Source: Promethearchaeota archaeon
GTDB taxonomy: Archaea; Asgardarchaeota; Lokiarchaeia; Sigyniarchaeales; SOKP01
Direction of reading: 5' to 3'
Assembly (NCBI GenBank): GCA_019057865.1
Contig: JAHLWP010000011.1
Location: 6,248 to 70,247 of the forward strand
Length of the DNA stretch: 64,000 nucleotides
A program made the translations under genes and the position numbers. The notes under the pieces were generated by a model. It searched no databases. It saw only the letters and a list, made by a program, of their open reading frames with translations, and was not told the DNA's origin. Positions within the stretch are counted from its first letter, which is position 1; every line of letters starts with the position of its first letter. Below are positions 49,414-59,257 of this stretch, one piece after another.

Positions 49414-50361
49414 ATGGATAACAATTTTAAAGAAAAGTTGAAGAAAGTAAACCAATTTAAAGTAACAGACGAAATAGACATAATCAGCCTTATTCATTCT
49501 TTAAAAGAGACTGGTTTTAATGCTAAAAGATTAGCTTTAGCTTGTCACATCTATAAAGATATGATTAACGATAAAGAATGTACGAAATTTTTTGGCTTGG
49601 CTGGTGCTATGGTTCCTGCTGGAATGCAAGGAATTATTCATGATTTTGTTAAAGAGGGATTTATTGATGTGTTAGTTTCTACTGGAGCAAATTTAACGCA
49701 TGATCTTGCTGAGTGCTTAGGTTTTCATCATTTACAAGGTGAAATTAATCCTAATAATATTGACGATGCTAACTTACTTAGCGAAGAGATGAATAGAATT
49801 TATGATGTTTTTTTGCCAAATAAAGTCTATGAGGGAATAGAGGATTTTATATCTCAGCTGAAAATCCCAGACAATACCATGTCAGTAAGCTCATTTTTAA
49901 AATTTTTAGGAGAGCATTTACCTAAAAGTTCAAATTCAATTTTAAGAATCTGCGCAGATAAGAATGTCAAGGTCTTTTGCCCTGCTTTTACTGACTCTGG
50001 ATTAGCGATGCAGTTAGGTTTTCATCATAAAAATTTAAATTTAAACCACTTCAAAGATATGCTCGAAATGGTTGATATTGCATGGGATGCTAAAAAAGCC
50101 GGAGTTTGCATAGTTGGAGGGGGAGTTCCTAAAAATTTTATAATGCAATCATTACAATTTTGCCCAAATTCGGCTAGCTATGCAATTCAAATAACTATGG
50201 ATAGACCAGAACCAGGTGGATTAAGTGGTGCTACATTAAGAGAAGCAATATCTTGGGGGAAAGTTAATAAAAAGGCAAAATATACAACACTTATATCAGA
50301 TGCCACAATTGCTTTACCACTAATATTTTGGTTTTTGAAAAAATCAAAAAATAACAAGTAA
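49414..50361 (+). CDS. dys: Deoxyhypusine synthase
   Basis: STGANLTHD, GGGVPKN, GGLSGATLREAISWGKV, DATIALP. Confidence 0.93.
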   Translation: MDNNFKEKLKKVNQFKVTDEIDIISLIHSLKETGFNAKRLALACHIYKDMINDKECTKFFGLAGAMVPAGMQGIIHDFVKEGFIDVLVSTGANLTHDLAECLGFHHLQGEINPNNIDDANLLSEEMNRIYDVFLPNKVYEGIEDFISQLKIPDNTMSVSSFLKFLGEHLPKSSNSILRICADKNVKVFCPAFTDSGLAMQLGFHHKNLNLNHFKDMLEMVDIAWDAKKAGVCIVGGGVPKNFIMQSLQFCPNSASYAIQITMDRPEPGGLSGATLREAISWGKVNKKAKYTTLISDATIALPLIFWFLKKSKNNK

Positions 50362-50394
50362 TTATTTAAATTGTCTTAATTATAGAAATCTTTA

Positions 50395-50856
50395 TTATAA
50401 TATCCCTTTTAATTTTTGATCAATAGTTTTTGTATCAGTTCCAAAAATTTTATCAAGATTTTGCTTAAAATTCCTAAATTGAGAAACTTCTGATAAATTC
50501 TTACCAGTATTAAGCGATTTAAATTCTTTTAAGATTTTATGTAATGATGGTTGAACTATTTTATGAATATACTTGTCAATCTTCTTCTCTTTATCTAATA
50601 TGGCGTAAGAAATCAGAAGTTCAGGTTCATTACTATTATCAGATAAGATTTTATCCCCAATAAAAGCGATAATAAATTTTTTTCCTTCAAAATATTCAAC
50701 TAAACCCTGTGAAAAGGCACTTTCTGCAAAATTTAGGAAAGCAGTTAATAATCCACTTCTTAAATCTACATCGATTTTTCCAAGACTAGTTTTATGATAA
50801 CTTTTCTTTACTACAGTAAATCCTCTAAACAATAATCCCGCTTCCCGGATAACCAT
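50395..50856 (-). CDS. Stand-alone longin-like domain protein
   Basis: beta-beta-helix (DVDLRSGLLTAFLNFAESAF)-beta3-helix-helix pattern. Confidence 0.6.
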   Translation of the reverse strand: MVIREAGLLFRGFTVVKKSYHKTSLGKIDVDLRSGLLTAFLNFAESAFSQGLVEYFEGKKFIIAFIGDKILSDNSNEPELLISYAILDKEKKIDKYIHKIVQPSLHKILKEFKSLNTGKNLSEVSQFRNFKQNLDKIFGTDTKTIDQKLKGIL

Positions 50857-51100
50857 ATTGAGATTTAAATCTATTGATTTTTTTAACTAATTGAAGAATT
50901 TCCAAAAAGTAATTTATTTAATAATTTAAATATAACAATCCAATTTAATAAAATCTTTCCTCATTAAAAAGAATTAAAGATTCATTATGTTTACCTACTA
51001 AAAAATATATAATCTTATAAATTAATCTATTTCCAGTCAATTCCAATTTTTAAGAGGTTAAACAACAAGAATTTTTATATTTAGTATATTTCTTAAAACT

Positions 51101-52288
51101 ATGATTACCAAAGATAAAGTTAAATTATGCGCTGAAAATATTGCCCGAAGTATAAGTATAAAAAAAGAAGGCGAATTCGTTTTTATAAGAGGAGGTGCTT
51201 ATTCTCAAGAATTAATAGAAGAGATAGGATTAAGCATTTTAAGAAAAGGAGGAATTCCTCATATCTCATATACATCGGATTACTATACAGAAACTATTTT
51301 TCAAGATGATCAAATTAAGGTTAAGACATTAGAAAAAACTCCTCAACATTATTTAAAAATGATTGAGAATATAGATGCATATATTGTAATTGAACCCCTC
51401 GAAGATCCTTCAATTACCACCAAAGCACCAAGAGAAAAAGTAGATGCTGTTGCTAAAGCTAGAGCTCCTATTAGAGAAATTCTTTATGGTTTTAAGGAAG
51501 AATATGCACCTGGCAAAAAATGGTGTTATGCTGCCTGGCCCTCAAAAAAAGCAGCAGAATTCTATAATATAGATTATGACTTTTATGAAAGGTTTATTGT
51601 TGGAGGAATGAGTGTTCCTTATAATGAGATGAATAAAATTACAAAAAATCTAGGAAGATTCTTCGATAAAGCTAAAAAAGTGTATGTTAATGATGAATTT
51701 GGGACTGATTTTTGGGTTTCAATAGAAAATAGAAAAAAAATTCTTGATGATGGAATCATTTCAGATGAACAAATTGAATCAGGAGATTTAGGGGGTAATT
51801 TACCGGCTGGAGAAGTTTTTTTCCCACCTAACGAAAAACAAGGTGAGGGCAAACTCTTTTGTCCTTTAACTAAAGATAGATTCACAGATAAAATCATAAG
51901 AAATGTTGATTTAGGTTTTAAAGAAGGAAAATTATTAATAGATAAAACAACTGCCGATACCAACTTAGAAGATTTAATTGCTTCTTTTAAAAAATGTGAA
52001 GAAATGGATAAAGAGAATAAAGTACCTGAACTTAGAACTTATAATGTTGCTGAACTTGGAATTGGGTGTAATCCGGAAATTACGAGAGCAATTGGATATA
52101 TCCTTACTGATGAAAAGATTATTGGGAGTGTACATTTAGCATTTGGATTTAATAAAAGTTTTGGGGGAACTTCCGCATCCCAGATGCACTGGGACTTTGT
52201 AACTGCTCCTAAAGCTAATATTACTGTTGAATATCTAGACGGGTCCAAAAAATTAATAATGGACAATGGTAAATTAATTGATAATTAA
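51101..52288 (+). CDS. Aminopeptidase, M29 (AmpS/AmpT) family
   Basis: NLPAGEVF, AELGIG, DEKI-G-VHLAFG, HWDFV. Confidence 0.92.
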   Translation: MITKDKVKLCAENIARSISIKKEGEFVFIRGGAYSQELIEEIGLSILRKGGIPHISYTSDYYTETIFQDDQIKVKTLEKTPQHYLKMIENIDAYIVIEPLEDPSITTKAPREKVDAVAKARAPIREILYGFKEEYAPGKKWCYAAWPSKKAAEFYNIDYDFYERFIVGGMSVPYNEMNKITKNLGRFFDKAKKVYVNDEFGTDFWVSIENRKKILDDGIISDEQIESGDLGGNLPAGEVFFPPNEKQGEGKLFCPLTKDRFTDKIIRNVDLGFKEGKLLIDKTTADTNLEDLIASFKKCEEMDKENKVPELRTYNVAELGIGCNPEITRAIGYILTDEKIIGSVHLAFGFNKSFGGTSASQMHWDFVTAPKANITVEYLDGSKKLIMDNGKLIDN

Positions 52289-52304
52289 GTGTATTAGTGA
52301 AAAG

Positions 52305-52778
52305 CTAAATTAATTTTTCAATATATTGGAGTACTTTTTCTAATACCTTCTTTTTAAATGTAATTCGATCTGTCTTGAAATTGTATTTCTCCACAATAGT
52401 TTCTTTTTCATTTGAAAACCCAATAAAAACCAGCCCTACTGGCTTTTCTGGTGTCCCACCAGTCGGACCTGCTATACCACTAATACCAATACCTATGTCT
52501 ACATTTGATTGTATTCTAATATTATTGGCTAACTGTCTTACAATTTCTTCAGAGACAGCACCATTTTCTTCAATTGCTTTAGGATCTACATTTAATAAAT
52601 CTATTTTTGCCTGATTGTTATAGCATACAATACCTCTTTCAAATACATTCGAAGCTCCCGAAACATTGGTAAACATATTCGAAATATAACCTCCCGTGCA
52701 TGATTCTGCGACAGCTATTCTAATATTTTCTTTAGTAAAATTTTTAATTATCTTCTCGATTCTGTTTAAAAGAGCCAA
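52305..52778 (-). CDS. pncC: CinA C-terminal domain / NMN deamidase PncC
   Basis: AESCTGG, GAVSEE, SGIAGPTGGTPEKPVGLV. Confidence 0.9.
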   Translation of the reverse strand: MALLNRIEKIIKNFTKENIRIAVAESCTGGYISNMFTNVSGASNVFERGIVCYNNQAKIDLLNVDPKAIEENGAVSEEIVRQLANNIRIQSNVDIGIGISGIAGPTGGTPEKPVGLVFIGFSNEKETIVEKYNFKTDRITFKKKVLEKVLQYIEKLI

Positions 52779-52787
52779 ATTACATCA

Positions 52788-53252
52788 TCACCTTTGTATC
52801 TCAAATTTTTTGCCACATGACTTGCAATATTGTCCTTTTTTACTCATAGGAGTACCACAATAAAGACAAAACACTTTTGTAGCAGGTTTTTTAACAGGGG
52901 CTAGGGATTTAAATATTTCTGGTTCTTTTTCCCCAAAAGGTTGATATTGCAAATTTTTTTCAACAACTTTCTGAAAACATCTAGGACAATTCTGCTTTTT
53001 CTTAATACCATAATAGAACACATAGGGATTGAGTGCCATAAAAAACCACATATAATATAAAAAGAGAATAATCCCTGAAAAAATAAAAGAAGTTATAACG
53101 GTAATAGTTATTAAAGTCATTAATATAATAACTGCAAAAATACCAAATAATTTAATATTAAATTTTGGTCTTGATGGAAAAACATTCATTTTGCAGCTTT
53201 CACAGAACTTCATTTCGTTTATATCTTGACTCATATCTCTCCATGTAAACAT
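52788..53252 (-). CDS. LITAF-like zinc-ribbon membrane protein
   Basis: CESC - two hydrophobic helices - CPRC, then CLYCG...CKSCG. Confidence 0.65.
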   Translation of the reverse strand: MFTWRDMSQDINEMKFCESCKMNVFPSRPKFNIKLFGIFAVIILMTLITITVITSFIFSGIILFLYYMWFFMALNPYVFYYGIKKKQNCPRCFQKVVEKNLQYQPFGEKEPEIFKSLAPVKKPATKVFCLYCGTPMSKKGQYCKSCGKKFEIQR

Positions 53253-53400
53253 TTAAAACAATTTGCTATTATTATTAAAAATACCATAAATATAAATTAA
53301 TAACAAATAAAAATAAATAATTAAATAATATCTTATACTTTTGAAATTTTAAAGCAATAGTATTATTATTCGGAAAAAAAAATTTTACAGAGTGATTTAA

Positions 53401-53940
53401 ATGAGAAATAATGAAGACAAGAAAGGATTTGTGTTTAAGATTACAGTTATTGGAGATGGAGCAGTAGGAAAAACCTCATTAATCAAAAAATACACTCAAG
53501 GGAGTTTTCAAAAAGACTACATTAAAACCTTAGGAGCACAATTTTCAAAATACGATGAGGAAATTGAAGGAGATAATTGTAAATTATTTTTCTGGGATAT
53601 TGCTGGCCAGGATGAATTCAATTTCATGCGTCCTACCTTCTATAAAGGAAGTAAAGCAGCAATTATAGTATTTTCACACACTGATGATGATAGTTTTGAA
53701 CATATCTCCCAATGGCATGATGATATTATAAAATATTGCGGTGATCTCCCAATAGTTTTATTCGGAAACAAAATTGATTTAATCAATAAAGAGGATTTAG
53801 ATGATGGGAAGGCTAAAGAAATTGTAAAAGAAAGAAATTTTCTTAAATATTATAGAACAAGCGCTAAAACAGGAAGTGGTGTATACAAAGCATTTCAGGC
53901 AATAATTAAAGAATTATATTATAGATATAAAGAAGACTAA
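53401..53940 (+). CDS. Rab-like small GTPase
   Basis: GDGAVGKT, WDIAGQ, GNKID, TSAK. Confidence 0.93.
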   Translation: MRNNEDKKGFVFKITVIGDGAVGKTSLIKKYTQGSFQKDYIKTLGAQFSKYDEEIEGDNCKLFFWDIAGQDEFNFMRPTFYKGSKAAIIVFSHTDDDSFEHISQWHDDIIKYCGDLPIVLFGNKIDLINKEDLDDGKAKEIVKERNFLKYYRTSAKTGSGVYKAFQAIIKELYYRYKED

Positions 53941-53944
53941 TAAA

Positions 53945-54244
53945 ATGCATGAAGATTTCGAGCAAGATTATCCTAAGATAATATTTTTTTCTTCGAATCA
54001 TTGCGCTCCTTGTAAGCCAGTTGAAGAAATGCTGAAAAAAATAAATATTTCATTGTTTGGAAAAAAATTAAAAATAGAAAAAATTTTGATTGATCTTGAA
54101 GAAAACCGAGGATTTACTCGAGAATATCGAATCACCTCTGTGCCAACATTAGTTATAGCTGAAAAAAAATTAGCAGTAAACATTCAAGAAGAAGATATAA
54201 TTGACGCAATTTTATATGCGTTTATAGCATCTGTAAAAATATAA
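53945..54244 (+). CDS. Thioredoxin-fold protein (CAPC)
   Basis: HCAPCKP active site and SVPTLVI cis-Pro loop. Confidence 0.85.
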   Translation: MHEDFEQDYPKIIFFSSNHCAPCKPVEEMLKKINISLFGKKLKIEKILIDLEENRGFTREYRITSVPTLVIAEKKLAVNIQEEDIIDAILYAFIASVKI

Positions 54245-54307
54245 TTTTAAATAAAAAATACTAAAAAGATATGAATAAAAAAAAGAATAAATTTTAAGTG
54301 AATTTGT

Positions 54308-54787
54308 ATGGATCGACCATTACTATCTAAAATTTTGGCTCAAATGAAAAAGAATTTAAAAGAAGGAAAATCAATAGGAGATATGAAGGTTGGTGCTTTA
54401 TTAGCTTTAGGACACCAACTAGAAGCGATTTTTTATTATTTAGGACACGAGTTAGGGACAATTCTAAAAGTCAAACAAATTGCTGATGTAAATAAAATAC
54501 CTGATGAATTAAAAAAGACGATCTCTGAATATAATCTAGGAGATATTGAAATTACGGATAGTTCAGATGAAGTAGTACAATTAAAGTTGAAAGGGCATTC
54601 ATCCATCAAGGATTTAATTAATAAAGGAATCAAAACAACTGGTAGTTTTTGTTCATTCGAAGCGGGATTGCTAGCTGGAGTTGTAGAAAAAATAAGCGAT
54701 CATCATTGCTTTGCCCAGGAATTAGAATGTAGTTTGCAATCAGATAAGGGATACTGTGAATTTATGATAGTTTTTCAAAAAGAATAA
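54308..54787 (+). CDS. V4R domain protein (Bet3/TRAPP-related fold)
   Basis: YYLGHELG, LGDIEI, CSFEAGLLAGVVE, ELEC...GYCEF. Confidence 0.85.
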   Translation: MDRPLLSKILAQMKKNLKEGKSIGDMKVGALLALGHQLEAIFYYLGHELGTILKVKQIADVNKIPDELKKTISEYNLGDIEITDSSDEVVQLKLKGHSSIKDLINKGIKTTGSFCSFEAGLLAGVVEKISDHHCFAQELECSLQSDKGYCEFMIVFQKE

Positions 54788-54890
54788 GTTCAATTTATTC
54801 GAATATTTAACAAGAAACTTGAGTCGAAAATTATTAATAAGTATAAACTATATTGTGAATATAAAATAAAACTGTAAGTTTTGATCAACA

Positions 54891-55418
54891 ATGAGCGACC
54901 CAAAATATATAATAAAAATAGTTCTTCTTGGAGACGCTAATGTAGGTAAAACTTCGTTACTTTACATGTGGATCGAAAATAAATTTAGAGAAAATTACAA
55001 ATCAACCTTAGGAGTTAATCTTCTAAAAAAAGATTTGAATATAACTGGATATGGTGAGGTTTCTGCTCAAATTTGGGATTTAGGAGGTCAAGAATCTTTT
55101 AAATCTCTCAGAAGATTATACCTAGAGGGAGCTAATGGAGCTTTATTATTATATGATATGACAAATAAAGAATCATATGAAAAACTTGATGAATGGATAC
55201 AAAGCTTTAAAGAAGATCGAGAAAATGAACCTATCATTTTAATTGGGAATAAATCAGATTTAAAAGATAAAATTAAAATTACTGATAAAGACATTAATGA
55301 ATTCGCAAAAAGAAATAAAGTGGATATAATTATTACATCAGCTAAAACAGGGAAAAATGTGGAAAAATCATTTATTGAATTGACTACAAAAATCTTAAAG
55401 AAAATTTCAAAAGAATAA
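54891..55418 (+). CDS. Rab-like small GTPase
   Basis: GDANVGKT, WDLGGQE, GNKSD, TSAKTG. Confidence 0.93.
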   Translation: MSDPKYIIKIVLLGDANVGKTSLLYMWIENKFRENYKSTLGVNLLKKDLNITGYGEVSAQIWDLGGQESFKSLRRLYLEGANGALLLYDMTNKESYEKLDEWIQSFKEDRENEPIILIGNKSDLKDKIKITDKDINEFAKRNKVDIIITSAKTGKNVEKSFIELTTKILKKISKE

Positions 55419-55660
55419 AAGTCTAAGAATATAACCAAACTAAATTATTTACATCTTTAATTTTTACAAGGATATTTCAAAGTGAAAATGTAAATATCAA
55501 AATTTGGTGATTTTAGCACATATCTTTTTTAAATCAACTATGTCTTTTTAAATAAATTTAAATAAAAACCTTTATTTAAATAAAATTATAAAAAATACCA
55601 TGAAAGAAAGAATATATTTTTTTATTAAATTTCAAATCACAATTATCTTTCCTAATTATT

Positions 55661-56353
55661 ATGTCAGAAGAAAATAAAGAATTTGATAAGGATTCTGAAG
55701 AAGAATCCAAAGAGGAAATTGAAGAGGAAGAGGAGGAATTCGAAGGGGATTATGATTATGAATCTAATTTAGATTATAAAATAGAGAATGTTGTAGCAAC
55801 AGTAGTTGTTGAAATTACAGAAAAAATTGATCTAAATCAGATTGCACGGCGCCATGCAGAGGTTGAATATAATCCAGAACGGTTTCCTGGTCTTGTAATG
55901 CGGATTGAAAAACCACGTGCGACTATTTTAATATTTTCTACTGGAAAAATGGTTGTAACGGGACTTAGAAAAGCATCTGAAGCTGAACGAGTCGTTGATA
56001 AAGTTGTAAAAAACATAAGAAAAGCAGGAATTAGAGTAGCTAATCCAGAAATAACGATTCAAAACATTGTGGCTTCAGGTGATCTACATACAAATATAGA
56101 TCTCAATATGGCCGCTATTGTAATGGAATACGCAATGTATGAACCAGAGGTATTTCCTGGGTTAATTTATCGTATGCAGGAGCCAAAAACTGTTTTCCTA
56201 ATCTTTTCAACTGGTAGAATTGTTTGTACAGGAGCAAAAAGAAAAGAGATTGTTAGAGAAGCAGTTTTAAAATTAAATCAACAAGTTCGAGATTTAGGTG
56301 TTGCTAAAAAAGATATAGGAGACTCAGAATATCAAGATATAACTTTCATCTAA
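55661..56353 (+). CDS. tbp: TATA-box binding protein with acidic N-terminal extension
   Basis: Two TBP repeats: ENVVAT..YNPERFPGL..LIFSTGK; QNIVAS..YEPEVFPGL..LIFSTGR. Confidence 0.97.
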   Translation: MSEENKEFDKDSEEESKEEIEEEEEEFEGDYDYESNLDYKIENVVATVVVEITEKIDLNQIARRHAEVEYNPERFPGLVMRIEKPRATILIFSTGKMVVTGLRKASEAERVVDKVVKNIRKAGIRVANPEITIQNIVASGDLHTNIDLNMAAIVMEYAMYEPEVFPGLIYRMQEPKTVFLIFSTGRIVCTGAKRKEIVREAVLKLNQQVRDLGVAKKDIGDSEYQDITFI

Positions 56354-56453
56354 ATCTCTTATCTTTTTTAATTTTTTAATCCATTTATTGTAATATTCAA
56401 ATTGTATTATTTAGATTCTTATAATCTTTCAGACAATATATTTAAACTTATAT

Positions 56454-56792
56454 TTAGATGACTTTCTTTTCATTAATAGCATTAATAGAAACAATATATT
56501 CATCATATAAAGCTTGTAATAACTTGGATTCTTTAGCTTTATTAAATGCTAAAAGAAAAAGTCGGTTTAATGATTTTTCATTATTGATTTCATAAATATC
56601 ATCATCAATTCCTAAGTGATCACTATTTTGATCAAGAAAATTACACAAAATGTATCTATTTTCTCTTCTCAAATTCACTTTATTCAAGGCTCCAAACATT
56701 TTTAAAATTAAAGGTCCTTGATATTTAATTTTCTTATGATTGATTGATTGAAAGAATTTAAGGTATTCATTTCTTTTTATAGGAACCGACAT
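56454..56792 (-). CDS. Hypothetical protein
   Basis: 112-aa ORF, helical composition. Confidence 0.6.
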   Translation of the reverse strand: MSVPIKRNEYLKFFQSINHKKIKYQGPLILKMFGALNKVNLRRENRYILCNFLDQNSDHLGIDDDIYEINNEKSLNRLFLLAFNKAKESKLLQALYDEYIVSINAINEKKVI

Positions 56793-56924
56793 AAATAATG
56801 AATTTTTAAAATAGTTATTGAAAAGAAGTAATATTAGGATAATATAATATAGAAATAGTTACAAGATTACTTATTTAGCTTTAAGCTATTGAATTAAAAA
56901 CAAGTATTAAATTAAAAAAATACT

Positions 56925-57197
56925 TTAAAATGCATATTCAAATCCTTTAAATTCATTTTTAGACCCTTGCAATTCATAATCAACTTTTTCTACGTGAGCA
57001 TATTTGGGTCCTTTTTTTGAAAATTCTAATAATTCAAATAACTCATTTTCAGGACCTTCTGCTTCAATAAGTACACTCCCATCAGGCATATTTTTAACAT
57101 ATCCAGTTAAACCTAATTTCCGAGCAACTTTTCGAGTGGTATATCGAAAAAAAACGCCTTGAACAAGCCCATATACTTTAATTTTAATTCTTTTCAT
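56925..57197 (-). CDS. acyP: Acylphosphatase
   Basis: GLVQGVFFR, GYVKNMPDGSV. Confidence 0.95.
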   Translation of the reverse strand: MKRIKIKVYGLVQGVFFRYTTRKVARKLGLTGYVKNMPDGSVLIEAEGPENELFELLEFSKKGPKYAHVEKVDYELQGSKNEFKGFEYAF

Positions 57198-57243
57198 ATA
57201 AAAAGCAAATAGATATTTAATTTTTTTAATTTTGTTAACTCAA

Positions 57244-57891
57244 TTATAATTCTAAGTAGTAGGTATCCTTATTTGGGTTGTATCCTATAACTTTATTTTT
57301 AAGCAGAGTTTCAATAACACTCATTAACCACTTGTTACTCGTATGAATGTTTTTTTTTAATTCACTTAAACTTAAATCTTCATTTATAGCTAAAAGAAAC
57401 AAGATTTTGCTCTTAACATTTAATTGATTAGAATTTGTGATTTTATTAAATTTTACTTCAAAATCATATTCTCTTGTTTTTAGATATACAACTTCATTGC
57501 TTAGTTTAATGATAACTTCCTCAGTAGTTCGAAAGGCATTTAGACTATAATGAAACTTACTTTCTAATTGTTCTTTTAGATTCTCTTCCATTACTTCTTT
57601 ATCAAGTTCTTTGTTAAATTCTTCGAGGAGTTCTAAATAGTCTTTGCCAATATCATATTCGGTCAAAACTAAAACAATTATCATTTCTTTGTTTTCATTA
57701 TAACATGAAACAGAATTCCACTCTCTTTCTTCAGTGATAATATGAGATTCTGTAAAATTATGCGAAATTTGTAATTGTTGGACAATAGAAATTGGAATTT
57801 CTAGGTCTTCAGGATATTTCATATAAACAGTGCCGCCTTCAACCTCATCCCATTTAATTAAGCAAATCCCTTTAGGCATCCCTATTAGCAA
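57244..57891 (-). CDS. uDENN/longin-like N-terminal domain plus C-terminal winged helix
   Basis: LIKWDEVEGGTVYMKYP hairpin; C-terminal LSLSELKK...IETLLKNKVIGY...YYL. Confidence 0.55.
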   Translation of the reverse strand: MLIGMPKGICLIKWDEVEGGTVYMKYPEDLEIPISIVQQLQISHNFTESHIITEEREWNSVSCYNENKEMIIVLVLTEYDIGKDYLELLEEFNKELDKEVMEENLKEQLESKFHYSLNAFRTTEEVIIKLSNEVVYLKTREYDFEVKFNKITNSNQLNVKSKILFLLAINEDLSLSELKKNIHTSNKWLMSVIETLLKNKVIGYNPNKDTYYLEL

Positions 57892-58035
57892 CCTAGTCTT
57901 TAATTTTAAAATAAAGTCTTTTACTATAATAATTTAAATTTTCATTTATTTAATTAAGCAAATATGATATCCTAATATTTATATTTGACTGCAAACCAAT
58001 GACATTGAACTAAAAAAATAAATATAACAAAACCA

Positions 58036-58329
58036 ATGTGTTATATAAGAAATATGCCTGTTTATTATGTGTATATTCTGGAGACCATTGGAAAAAATAA
58101 AAAGAAAAGATTCTATACCGGATATACAAATAATCTTTATAGAAGATTATCAGAACATAAAAATGGAACAGGAGCTAAATTTTGTCGTGGTAAAAATCAA
58201 ATTGAATTAAAATATTTTGAAACATTTACCAATAGAAAAGAAGCAATGAGAAGGGAAATAGAAATTAAGTTATTATCTAGACAAAAGAAAAAAGAATTAA
58301 TTAGTACTATCAATATTAATTTGGTTTAG
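58036..58329 (+). CDS. GIY-YIG nuclease (UPF0213-like)
   Basis: YYVYIL, YTGYTNNL-RRL-EH--G-GAKF, AMRRE. Confidence 0.9.
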   Translation: MCYIRNMPVYYVYILETIGKNKKKRFYTGYTNNLYRRLSEHKNGTGAKFCRGKNQIELKYFETFTNRKEAMRREIEIKLLSRQKKKELISTININLV

Positions 58330-59142
58330 TTGAATAATTTGTCAAATGAGCAAAACTTTTTAATCTGCCTGGCTGGATTACCGGCTTCGGGAAAATCTAT
58401 TTTTGCTAATGAATTAAGGGAGATTCTTGAAAAGAAATTTACTAATTTTAAGGTTAAAATTATTGATCCAGATAAGATAAGGCAAACAATAACCCAAAAC
58501 AAATTTGTTCATAAAAAAGAACACCTAGTTAGAGAAAAGAATCTTCAGATAATAAAAAGAGAATTAAAAAAAAGATCTGTAGTTATTAGTGATGATTTAA
58601 ATTATTATTCGAGCATGAGACATGATTTAAAAAAAATTGCAGATGAGTTAGATGTCAATTTTTTTATAATTCACATCTCTACTCCACTTGAAGTTTGCCT
58701 AAAGTGGAATGAAAAGAGAGGAAAACCCATTCCAAATAAAATAATTAAGAGAATTAATAAAAAATTCGACGATTTTAATAAATATAATTGGGATACTCCA
58801 TATGCGGTATATAATATGAACCAAACACTAGATTTGAATGATTGCCTTATAAATTTTGCTAATCGCTTACATTTAAATGTAAAACAGTCTAAAAAAATAT
58901 TTGAAAGAGAAGCAGAATTTAGACATGATTCCAATCTTTATAAAGAAAAATTGGATAAAATCACTCGAAATTATGTAGGAATACTATTACTAAATTCCAA
59001 TTATATTCCTCTAAAAAATAAAATTATTAAATTAAGAAAGGAATTTTTAAAAACCAAAAAGAATGAATTTTTAAGCGAATCAGAAATTCAAAATTCATTT
59101 CAGACATTTTTAGAGGAATCCTTAAGCATCAAAATATTATAA
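58330..59142 (+). CDS. pstK: L-seryl-tRNA(Sec) kinase PSTK (KTI12-like)
   Basis: GLPASGKS, DDLNYYSSMRHDL, RGKPIP, KYNWDTP. Confidence 0.8.
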   Translation: MNNLSNEQNFLICLAGLPASGKSIFANELREILEKKFTNFKVKIIDPDKIRQTITQNKFVHKKEHLVREKNLQIIKRELKKRSVVISDDLNYYSSMRHDLKKIADELDVNFFIIHISTPLEVCLKWNEKRGKPIPNKIIKRINKKFDDFNKYNWDTPYAVYNMNQTLDLNDCLINFANRLHLNVKQSKKIFEREAEFRHDSNLYKEKLDKITRNYVGILLLNSNYIPLKNKIIKLRKEFLKTKKNEFLSESEIQNSFQTFLEESLSIKIL

Positions 59143-59257
59143 GAACTGGTTTATTTGATTTTTATTAAAAATAAAGAAAAAGAAAATAAACCATAATTAC
59201 TTTAATAACTTGAAAAAAGATATTTTTATTTCTATAATTAAGATATTACTTGAAATT

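Noticed and set aside
53945-54244. KaiB circadian protein call for the thioredoxin-fold ORF
   Set aside because: It retains a CxxC active site and there is no KaiC in the window
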